NCBI GenBank assembly: GCA_965217865.1
Contig: CBDCJO010000002.1
Location: forward strand, 4,672,001-4,736,000
Source: Candidatus Latescibacterota bacterium
Lineage (GTDB): Bacteria; Latescibacterota; UBA2968; SICM01
Direction: 5' to 3'
Length of the DNA: 64,000 nt
The position numbers were made by a program, and so were the translations under genes. The notes beneath the pieces were generated by a model, which was given only the letters and a program-made list of their open reading frames with translations, did no database searches and was not told the DNA's origin. This document shows, in pieces, positions 49,269-57,454 of this stretch (position 1 is its first letter; every line of letters starts with the position of its first letter).

Positions 49269-49286
49269 AAGCGGGTTCACCAGCAT

Positions 49287-50486
49287 TTAGCGTCGGGCGT
49301 GATGGGAAACCGGGGAGGGACGGTACGGGACGCACAGGTGGGGTGTTTCGAGAGGTCCCTGGCCTTTCAGCCGGGAAATCAGGCAACACTCCAGGACGCC
49401 GCTGACCAGGAGAGTGCGTTCGGCGGGAAACGGCGCCCGACCTGTTTCAAACATTTCTTCGATCTTGGCCACCAAGCAAGCGGAGTAATCCACGTTTGGA
49501 TTTGGTGTCAGGAAGAACTGGGTGGAGACCGGGCGGGGTTCCCCCCTGAGGCGAGCGGCGAAGCAGAAATCCTTAATGCCGCCGCTGAGCATTAGAAGTG
49601 TGGCCTTGAGGCCGTCGTTATATTCGATAAAGTAAGCAGCTGGATTTTTGACAAGTTTGGGCAACTCTCCGTTGCCTAATAGATCCTGAGTCCGGCCGTC
49701 TATCTCTGTGAGGCCGCAAGGAGAGTCGCACCTCGAGAGGGCGGCTTCCAGCAATGACCCGGACCAGCGTCCGTTTTTTTCAGCCCTCCACACATCATCT
49801 CCCTCGATCATCTCCACAGCACGCACCCCGGTTTCCCCCCCTCTCCGTCGTTCGACCATACACTGCATGGCCTCCAGGGCGTGGTAGTCCATCGCATCGG
49901 AACCGCCGATGCCCACCGTTAGGGCCTCCTCGATTTCGCATCCGAGGGGCAATTCCAGGTCGGGGAGGCGCCAGGTCACCGGGAGGGAAGAACCCGCCAG
50001 GAGAGGGAAACCGAGCCGGTGGGCGTCGTCCACCATCTCGCGTGCCTTTTCGAAGCTGTATGAGAGATGTTTGTCGTTGTAGACGGGAACCGAGGCACCA
50101 TCGTCTTCAAAGACTTTCACACACGCCTTGAAAAGTTCGTGTCGGGGATAGAGCTTCTGCCCGATTCTGTTGACCGGGTAATCGCCGTGTTCTCCGATGA
50201 TCAGCACGGCATTGACCGCGAGGCGGTTTCCTCCGCAGCGGAGGGTTTCGGCGATTGTGGGATAGACCGTAAAACAGAACTCACGAGCCCGGTCGGTGCT
50301 CTGATCACCCTCGGTCCTCTGGTCCACATAGAGGGACACCACCTTCGCGTTGGGCCGATGCCACTTACCTTCGTATGGATAACCGACAAGGAAGCGGTCT
50401 CCGAAATGCTGTGCGTGCTTCAGGTGGCGATAGACCGTAGCGACGATCGCGATCCGTTTTTTCGGTGTATCGGGATCGGGTTTCAC
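49287..50486 (-). CDS. Conserved hypothetical protein, Gfo/Idh/MocA-like fold (paralog 2)
   Basis: HAQHFGDRFL, SLYVDQ, IGEHGDYP, YNDKHLS, AGSSLPVTWR, YHALE, ERTLL. Confidence 0.75.
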   Translation of the reverse strand: MKPDPDTPKKRIAIVATVYRHLKHAQHFGDRFLVGYPYEGKWHRPNAKVVSLYVDQRTEGDQSTDRAREFCFTVYPTIAETLRCGGNRLAVNAVLIIGEHGDYPVNRIGQKLYPRHELFKACVKVFEDDGASVPVYNDKHLSYSFEKAREMVDDAHRLGFPLLAGSSLPVTWRLPDLELPLGCEIEEALTVGIGGSDAMDYHALEAMQCMVERRRGGETGVRAVEMIEGDDVWRAEKNGRWSGSLLEAALSRCDSPCGLTEIDGRTQDLLGNGELPKLVKNPAAYFIEYNDGLKATLLMLSGGIKDFCFAARLRGEPRPVSTQFFLTPNPNVDYSACLVAKIEEMFETGRAPFPAERTLLVSGVLECCLISRLKGQGPLETPHLCVPYRPSPVSHHARR

Positions 50487-50537
50487 GACTTTATCTCTAA
50501 ATTTTGTTTGGAACCGGAAAAGGATATCGCCTTTACC

Positions 50538-51779
50538 TCAAGCCCTCCAGAAGGTCGATTCCTCGGTGGGCTGATAGGAGATATCCAGATGCGGGGTTTC
50601 TTGTTGGTCCCCGTCTTGATATAGACTCTCCACACCCGCAGCCACAAGACCGGTGGTCAACAGGGTTCGTTCCACCGGATAGGACGGTTTGCCGCTCAGG
50701 AACATCTTTTCCACGTGATTCACCTGTGGGGAAAAGAAGTTGGCAAGGGTGGTTCGAACCGGTGGCATGGGGAGGTAGAACTGGGTGGAAAGGGGCTCTG
50801 AACGATCCTCGAGATGGGCCGCGAAGTTGAAGTCCTCGACCAAACCATTCATCATGATGGCGGTAGACTTGACGCCATCCAAATGCTCGTATTGGAACGC
50901 GATGGGGTCCGCCACGATCGCTTTCATTTCATCGCCTGTTGGAAAGATGTGGTTGAACCCCTCCCTGGCCGGTGTAAGGGTGTGACTCCGGCAGAGTGCA
51001 GCTTCGAATAACGCCCGCGACCATCTTTCTTCGTGATGGGCTTTCCAGAACTCCGCACCCCGGTAAGCCTTGAGCCAACGGACGCCTTTCTCCCCCCCAT
51101 CCCTCCGTTCCACCATGCACTGGAGCGTTTCGAAGGCGTGGAAATCGTAGGAATCGACCCCCCCATACGCCACGGTAAGGGCCTCCCGGACGCCGGCGTT
51201 CATTGGCAGATCGATAGGGGGGGTGCGCCACGTGACCGGAAGGGATGAGCCTGCCATGAACGGGAAGCCAATTTCCAGAGAAGTGTCGTACATCTCACGC
51301 GCCCACGACCAGTTCCACGACAGATGTTTGTCGTTGAACACGGGGGCTGTACGACCGCTGTCTCTGAAAACCTGCACGATTTCCTTGAAGAACTCGAAGC
51401 GCGGATACAGGCACTGGCCTTTATCGTTCTGGGGATAATCTCCGTGTTCCCCGATTAAAAGGACACCGTCTACAGCGAGATTGTCCCCTCCCAGGGTCAG
51501 GGCTTCAGCGATTGTCGGATAGATCTTCAGAACGGGAAAGCGCCCTGCACGCTCTCCGCTCAGATCGTTGTCACCCACCTGGTCGACATAAAGCGAGACC
51601 AGGTCCATGGGCGGCCGGTGGTGCCTGCCTTCCCAACCGTAGCCCTCCAGGAAACGGTCGAGGATGTGCTGGGCGTGGGACAGATGACGGTAGATCGTGG
51701 CGATCGCCGCGATTTTGAGACGTTCTTTCAAACCGGATGTCTTTCTTGAACTGGAAGACAACGGCCCATCCGTCGGCAC
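50538..51779 (-). CDS. Conserved hypothetical protein, Gfo/Idh/MocA-like fold (paralog 1)
   Basis: Same motif set as 49287-50486 (HAQHILDRFL, IGEHGDYP, FNDKHLS, AGSSLPVTWR, ERTLL). Confidence 0.75.
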   Translation of the reverse strand: MPTDGPLSSSSRKTSGLKERLKIAAIATIYRHLSHAQHILDRFLEGYGWEGRHHRPPMDLVSLYVDQVGDNDLSGERAGRFPVLKIYPTIAEALTLGGDNLAVDGVLLIGEHGDYPQNDKGQCLYPRFEFFKEIVQVFRDSGRTAPVFNDKHLSWNWSWAREMYDTSLEIGFPFMAGSSLPVTWRTPPIDLPMNAGVREALTVAYGGVDSYDFHAFETLQCMVERRDGGEKGVRWLKAYRGAEFWKAHHEERWSRALFEAALCRSHTLTPAREGFNHIFPTGDEMKAIVADPIAFQYEHLDGVKSTAIMMNGLVEDFNFAAHLEDRSEPLSTQFYLPMPPVRTTLANFFSPQVNHVEKMFLSGKPSYPVERTLLTTGLVAAGVESLYQDGDQQETPHLDISYQPTEESTFWRA

Positions 51780-51789
51780 CGCCGCCAGG

Positions 51790-52938
51790 TTAAAGGATCT
51801 GCTCGTTCGGTACGATGGTGGCCTTGAGACAACTCATGGCCATCGCGCTTTTAGTTGCCTCCAGCAAGCCCTCTTCAGTAAACGGAAACCTGGCCTGTAT
51901 TTTTTCCCACGCGTATCGATCCTGTATCCGGCCCAACATGCTGATGGCAAGGGGTATATCGTCAGGTTTGAAAGCCCAGCTGCCCAGCAGGTTGATATCT
52001 TTGAGGCAGATCCGATGCCAGTTCGTTTCGATCGAGCCGGAATCTGTGAACTGGCCCATCTCGACGTAGGTCCCGCCGTCCCTGAGCATCTCGATACCCT
52101 CAGGACCGGCGGAGGGGTGTCCGCTGCAATCGACGACCAGATCTGCCCCAAACCCGCCGACCTCCTGCCGGACCGCCTCGATCCGGTCTTTTGGCGTGGT
52201 ATGGGACTCGATCGAAACGGTTGCGTGGGCGCCGAATTCACGGCAAAGGTCGAGTCGCGGTTTTTCCGGTGCGCCGACAACGACAACCCTTCCCGCCCCC
52301 ATTTCCCGAGCGGCGACAAGGGTGAGCAGACCAATGGGTCCGGAACCCTGGATCACCACGACATCACCTACCCGGAAGCCCCCGCAAGAGACCGCACGAT
52401 TCAAAGCTCGAATGCAGGAGGTCAGGGGCTCGGACAGGGAGCCGATCATCAACGGCATGGCATCCGGCAAACGGTAGATTTTGGTCGCCGGCAACGCCTC
52501 AAGATCCACGTATACCATTTCCGCCCATCCTCCCCAGAGGTGCGGGGGCTTTTCGAATGGGAGGTAGCGTCCATAATAGGTGGGATTGAGACATCGATTG
52601 GCGTGTGCCGGATAATGGACACAGTAGTGACACACACCGCAGGACATCAGGGGGGGGAGCATGACCTTGCATCCCACCCTCAGGGGAACCCCCATATAGT
52701 CCTGTTCCAGACCGTTCCCTTTTTCGACGATCACCCCGGCCAATTCGTGACCCAGGGTAAACGGCCAGGGGAGGGGGCGGGGCCAGTGCCCCTTGAGGAT
52801 GTGCAGGTCGGTTCCGCACACACCACACGCCCCGATCTGTATCAGCGCAGCCTTGTCTGGAACATCCGGCCGATGCACGCTCCTGATCTGAGGTCTTGCA
52901 CCCGGACCGGAATATGTAGCGACGCGAACTGTCTGCAT
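51790..52938 (-). CDS. Zn-dependent alcohol dehydrogenase (MDR family)
   Basis: CGVCGTDLH, LGHE, CGVCHYC...C structural Zn, GSGPIG. Confidence 0.92.
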   Translation of the reverse strand: MQTVRVATYSGPGARPQIRSVHRPDVPDKAALIQIGACGVCGTDLHILKGHWPRPLPWPFTLGHELAGVIVEKGNGLEQDYMGVPLRVGCKVMLPPLMSCGVCHYCVHYPAHANRCLNPTYYGRYLPFEKPPHLWGGWAEMVYVDLEALPATKIYRLPDAMPLMIGSLSEPLTSCIRALNRAVSCGGFRVGDVVVIQGSGPIGLLTLVAAREMGAGRVVVVGAPEKPRLDLCREFGAHATVSIESHTTPKDRIEAVRQEVGGFGADLVVDCSGHPSAGPEGIEMLRDGGTYVEMGQFTDSGSIETNWHRICLKDINLLGSWAFKPDDIPLAISMLGRIQDRYAWEKIQARFPFTEEGLLEATKSAMAMSCLKATIVPNEQIL

Positions 52939-52971
52939 ATTTTCTTTCCCACCCAGAAAGAATATGACCCC

Positions 52972-54426
52972 TTAACCAAAAAGTTTCTGAAACAGGCTCC
53001 AACCGCTGATTCCGGCGAAGAATACGAGGATCCCAGCGGATATGATGGCCCCGATCAGAATCGGAGGGCGTGTCCGGTAGGATGGAGGGAGCTTAAAATT
53101 GAGATAGAGGGCGGCAAGCATGATGACGGCAATCGCCAGGTTCGCAAGGATGAAACCCGCAATCTGAATGAGGATATCGAAAGGGATGTCGAGCCAGACA
53201 ATGACCATCGACGAGATGAATATATAGAAACAGATGATCTTTCGAATCTGATGATAATCCCATCGCCGATCGTGCCAGATCGCCTGAAAAAACTCATGCG
53301 TCACGCGACCATAGATCTCGGGGAGCGCCTGCAGGGTACCCCATAAGGCTGCGATGATGCAGATATAATAGACCCAGACCAGGGTGGGATGGATGTTGCC
53401 CCAGACATGGGCCTGGTTGGTCAGGAGACTCCAACCCTCAAATCGGGTTTTCAGGGGATACAACACGGTGGCCCCCGACAGCATGAACGCAACGGTCACG
53501 ATGAAAAGGACGATGGCCCCCATGCCCACATCCCACCGAAGCGGGGCCGTCAACGTGCGCAGTCGGCCGACCTCTTCAGAGTTTTCGGGCAGATAGTCGA
53601 TGGCGTCGTGGGCGAAAGCATTCTCCCGGATCTCATCGATATGCGTGTGACCTGTCAGACCCCAACGATGAAGCCCTACCCAATTGGCATAGACAATGTA
53701 TGACATCACCCCACCTCCCACATATCCGAAAATTGTCGATGTCGTCAGCATGGGATGCTTGATCGCATCCTCTGGGGCCCAGGAGGGAAACGGGGGCAAA
53801 TAGCCGAAGTTGAGGCTTCCGGAAACGGCCTGCCAGAATCCGGGCCGGACCATCAGAGTACCGATGACTGTCCCGATCACCAGGATACAGCAGATCAGGA
53901 GCTGTTGTTTCTCCAATCTTTCATATGATAGTCTTAGACCGAGAAAAAGGGCCAGGCCGATAAAGCACGAGGTGATCAGATTTCCCCAGACGGGTGGGGG
54001 AATAGACGAGGGGAGCACCGCAGAAAACAGGAAGTGGAACAGATCTCCGCAGGGTTTGGCTATGGCGACCCAGGCCAGAGGGGCACCGAGCATTTCGAAC
54101 GCCACGAGTGAGAGGGGCAGCCAGCCACGCGGACCCGGTAGGTGCACCAGGCGATGCCCGATGTACTCTCCGCTGATGGCTGTATACCGTCCCAACAGAT
54201 AGGTTACGAAGACTCCTTTCACGACACAGCTCAGGAGGACCAGCCAGAGCAGGTCGTATCCAGCCCACGCACCGGCTCGAACAACGACGATCGTTTCCCC
54301 GGCTCCGATACTGACCGATGCGACGATAGCCGCGGGCCCGAAGACCGAAAGCAAGCCCCACAGTTTCTTGAACGGCCTCCGAGAGGCAAATACACCGCTC
54401 ACCTGGGGTATGTCGACTTTGTTCAC
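52972..54426 (-). CDS. Nramp-like/APC-superfamily membrane transporter
   Basis: GPAAIVASVSIGAGE, GYDLLW, about 11 TM segments; lacks the DPGN metal-binding motif. Confidence 0.75.
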   Translation of the reverse strand: MNKVDIPQVSGVFASRRPFKKLWGLLSVFGPAAIVASVSIGAGETIVVVRAGAWAGYDLLWLVLLSCVVKGVFVTYLLGRYTAISGEYIGHRLVHLPGPRGWLPLSLVAFEMLGAPLAWVAIAKPCGDLFHFLFSAVLPSSIPPPVWGNLITSCFIGLALFLGLRLSYERLEKQQLLICCILVIGTVIGTLMVRPGFWQAVSGSLNFGYLPPFPSWAPEDAIKHPMLTTSTIFGYVGGGVMSYIVYANWVGLHRWGLTGHTHIDEIRENAFAHDAIDYLPENSEEVGRLRTLTAPLRWDVGMGAIVLFIVTVAFMLSGATVLYPLKTRFEGWSLLTNQAHVWGNIHPTLVWVYYICIIAALWGTLQALPEIYGRVTHEFFQAIWHDRRWDYHQIRKIICFYIFISSMVIVWLDIPFDILIQIAGFILANLAIAVIMLAALYLNFKLPPSYRTRPPILIGAIISAGILVFFAGISGWSLFQKLFG

Positions 54427-54609
54427 GTGTGTCTCCTCACGACGTCACTCGATTTCTATGCGTCGCCCGGAAGCGAACCAACCGACGGCTCGATGTCCTG
54501 TTTGTTGTTGACTTGGCGGGTATTTAAATTATCTTGCCGCAAGCGGGAATGATTTTTGAATCGATGAACTAAAATAAAAAAAAGTCAATCGTACAGGAGG
54601 GTCCGCCGC

Positions 54610-56175
54610 TTGCGCCCCAATTCACGCAAACCGAATATTCTCCTGATCCTGACCGATCAGCACGCCCCGAAAGTCGCAGGCTTCGCAGGAGACCCGGCGG
54701 TTCAAACCCCCCATCTCGACGAATTGGCCTCACGGTCGGTTCAATTTGACACGGCCATCTGCGCCTCCCCGGTCTGTACGCCTTCTCGCATGTGCTTGCT
54801 CACCGGAAAAGAAGCCCACACGTGCAGCGCGTGGAACAATCACTGGGTGATTTTCCCCGAACATCTCACCTGGCCTGCCCATTTCGCATCACACGGATAC
54901 CGCACCTGCCTGGTCGGAAAGATGCACTTTGGCGGGAAGGACCAGATGCAGGGGTTTCAGCACCGACCCTATGGGGATCTCAGGCACGGGCTGGGACATC
55001 AGGCCGACCCCGTCGATTTATTTCCCTCTTATTCCGGTCCTGTGGGCGCCGGCATCACGGAGATCCCCGAGAGCCTCCTGCAGGATGCGGTGGTCACCCG
55101 GGAGTCCCTCTCCTTTCTCCTCGAACATCAGGACCGGGAGCCTGATGTCCCCTGGTTCTTCTGCGCATCCTACTCCCGTCCGCACTCCCCGTTCACCGCC
55201 CCCGGTCGCTACATCCGGCGTTACCGAGGGATTGTTCCCGCAGTGGAATTGACCCGGGATTTCAAAGACCGCCTGGACCCTTTTTCCCGCAACACATTCG
55301 AGGGGGAATCCGGGGGAGATCTGTCTCCGGAAAAAACCCTGCGTGCGCGTGAGGCCTACTATGCCTGTGTGGATTTCGTGGACGACTGCATCGGCGAGTT
55401 GTTGAACGGTCTACAGGCGACAGGCCTTCTTGACAATACGATCGTGATCTACACGAGCGATCACGGGGAGATGGCTGGCATCCACGGGCTCTGGGGTAAG
55501 GTCGTTCATTTCGAACCCTCCGTAGGGGTTCCTCTGCTCATCAGCGGGCCCGGGGTCCATCCCGGACATTTCCGGAACAGACATCCGATTTCTTTGATGG
55601 ATCTTTATCCGACCACTTCAGCGCTGGCGGGATTACCGATCCCCGATGGCCTGGATGGTGTTGACTTCAGCGATGTCCTGGCCGATCCCGAATCTGCACC
55701 ACCTCCCCGTACCTACGCGCCAAGCGCTTTCTTTATGTACGGTGTACGCTGGAGCAGGTTCCGCTGGGAGAATGAGACGGAGGAATTTCCCCCCTGCAAC
55801 GCCATGCGGATGGTCCGGAGCAGAGACTGGAAATACGTGGAGATCGAAGAAGGACCGCCCCTGCTCTTCGATATGGTCAACGATCGGGACGAGCTCGTGA
55901 ACCTTGCGGGCCAGTCGGAGCATACCGACAGGTGTCGCGAAATGCGAGCGGACCTCTTTCGCGGTTTCACCTGGGAAGGGGTTCACATACAGCTGACTTC
56001 AGACAGAGAGCGCATCAAGGAATTCCAATCAAGGCAAAAGCCCAGCACCCCGAATCAGTACATGCTCGAGGACGGCAGGATCTTTGATGCCGAGGGGGGA
56101 CTATACGGCGCGCGATGGATTTCTTATCCATCAATCCCAGGGGGGGGTGGAACCATCCCTCAGCAATTCGGCTGA
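54610..56175 (+). CDS. Cys-type sulfatase (choline-sulfatase-like)
   Basis: PNILLILTDQH, CTPSR formylglycine motif, GKMH, SDHG; no signal peptide. Confidence 0.92.
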   Translation: MRPNSRKPNILLILTDQHAPKVAGFAGDPAVQTPHLDELASRSVQFDTAICASPVCTPSRMCLLTGKEAHTCSAWNNHWVIFPEHLTWPAHFASHGYRTCLVGKMHFGGKDQMQGFQHRPYGDLRHGLGHQADPVDLFPSYSGPVGAGITEIPESLLQDAVVTRESLSFLLEHQDREPDVPWFFCASYSRPHSPFTAPGRYIRRYRGIVPAVELTRDFKDRLDPFSRNTFEGESGGDLSPEKTLRAREAYYACVDFVDDCIGELLNGLQATGLLDNTIVIYTSDHGEMAGIHGLWGKVVHFEPSVGVPLLISGPGVHPGHFRNRHPISLMDLYPTTSALAGLPIPDGLDGVDFSDVLADPESAPPPRTYAPSAFFMYGVRWSRFRWENETEEFPPCNAMRMVRSRDWKYVEIEEGPPLLFDMVNDRDELVNLAGQSEHTDRCREMRADLFRGFTWEGVHIQLTSDRERIKEFQSRQKPSTPNQYMLEDGRIFDAEGGLYGARWISYPSIPGGGGTIPQQFG

Positions 56176-56230
56176 CACGGGATGAATCGAGATTGGGAAA
56201 ATGGGGAGGTGCACTTCGTAGGCTATTCCC

Positions 56231-57115
56231 TCAGGATTGGCAAAAGATCCGGTACTTTGCGTCTACACCGCCATCACTGGCATTTCCCTTGTGAATGTAG
56301 ATCCCGTAGCGGAACCTCACGTTTTCAGGACCGCCGTCCAGACCCGGGTGGCGATGCGAAAGGCCGATGGGACCGTAGGCCGATGCGTGAGCGTCTCCGG
56401 GAAATCCCGGATTGTCGGGGTGATCGAAAAGGGCAATCCCCTGCTGTTTTTCCTGTCGGCCTCCGGAGAAATCGACCCATTCTTTTCCGTGAAATCGTTC
56501 TTCCCGGCTCACTTCTCCGTTTGCGCTGCTCATCTCCCCGCCGTTCTCGACCAGTTCCCATCTCCCGTCTGCCCCCTTTTTCCGATTGTCTCGAGCTCGA
56601 ATGGAATCACAGACACGGCCTGATAGCATAAAGGGTCCACCGTTGGGTTCATTCGGTATGGGGACCGTCCTGGACCAGTCGATAAAGCACTCCCCCTCCG
56701 GGAGTGCGTAAATCGAAATTTCGCGGGTTTCTGCAAGGATAGTAATTCCAGACCCATTCACGTAAAGGATGTGTTCGACGATACGAGCAGAATCCCCATC
56801 ACTCTCGATACGCTCGAAGTCCAGGTGGAGCATTTTTCCACACGGTCCGAAGGGAGGTTCGTCCCAATCCGACCAGATGTTTGTGGGGCCCGAGGCAGGT
56901 CCGTGGCCGCCGTAGGCCAGGAAGAGTCCCGCTTGATGCTGGTGTTCACCCGAAGCACCACGGAGGATGTTGCCGTGGGGACCGCATAAGGGCCAGAGGT
57001 AGGGCTTCCAGACACCCTTGAAGTTGTAGTGAGCGATCTTGTGATCTCCTGCGGAGATCGATAAAAATGCCGGATAGGTCACGACTGAGAGGCCTGACCC
57101 CCCTGATGTTCGCAA
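56231..57115 (-). CDS. DUF6807/PmoA-like family protein
   Basis: KPYLWPL, HQHQAGLF, WVDFSG, GIALFDHPDNP, YG, FRYGIYIHKG. Confidence 0.75.
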   Translation of the reverse strand: MRTSGGSGLSVVTYPAFLSISAGDHKIAHYNFKGVWKPYLWPLCGPHGNILRGASGEHQHQAGLFLAYGGHGPASGPTNIWSDWDEPPFGPCGKMLHLDFERIESDGDSARIVEHILYVNGSGITILAETREISIYALPEGECFIDWSRTVPIPNEPNGGPFMLSGRVCDSIRARDNRKKGADGRWELVENGGEMSSANGEVSREERFHGKEWVDFSGGRQEKQQGIALFDHPDNPGFPGDAHASAYGPIGLSHRHPGLDGGPENVRFRYGIYIHKGNASDGGVDAKYRIFCQS

Positions 57116-57454
57116 TGATTTCTCCAGAGATTTCTCGTGTTAAGAATCCGGTTATGATGATACCTGTGGCTCAAGCGCTTATGATAAATCGCCAATCACG
57201 TATTGTCAACCGGTTTGTCCCCAGGATCCGAGATGGTGGCGATAAAGATTTTGAACTGAGGTTCCCGCTTATACCATCAGGAAGAAAATACCTGCTCAAA
57301 TTTGCACTTGCATCAGGAGGACCCGGAACGTATTTTTAGATCGATGGACGGCCGGGCCCATAACCCCCTGTTATGCCTGCCGAATTTCTGACTTCCTCCC
57401 CAAACAATCACTCGATACTCGGATCCTGAACCATCCCTTCCGTTTGGAGACCCT

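Noticed and set aside
51697-53346. 549-aa plus-strand ORF
   Set aside because: Antisense to the well-supported dehydrogenase and transporter genes; no recognisable motifs.
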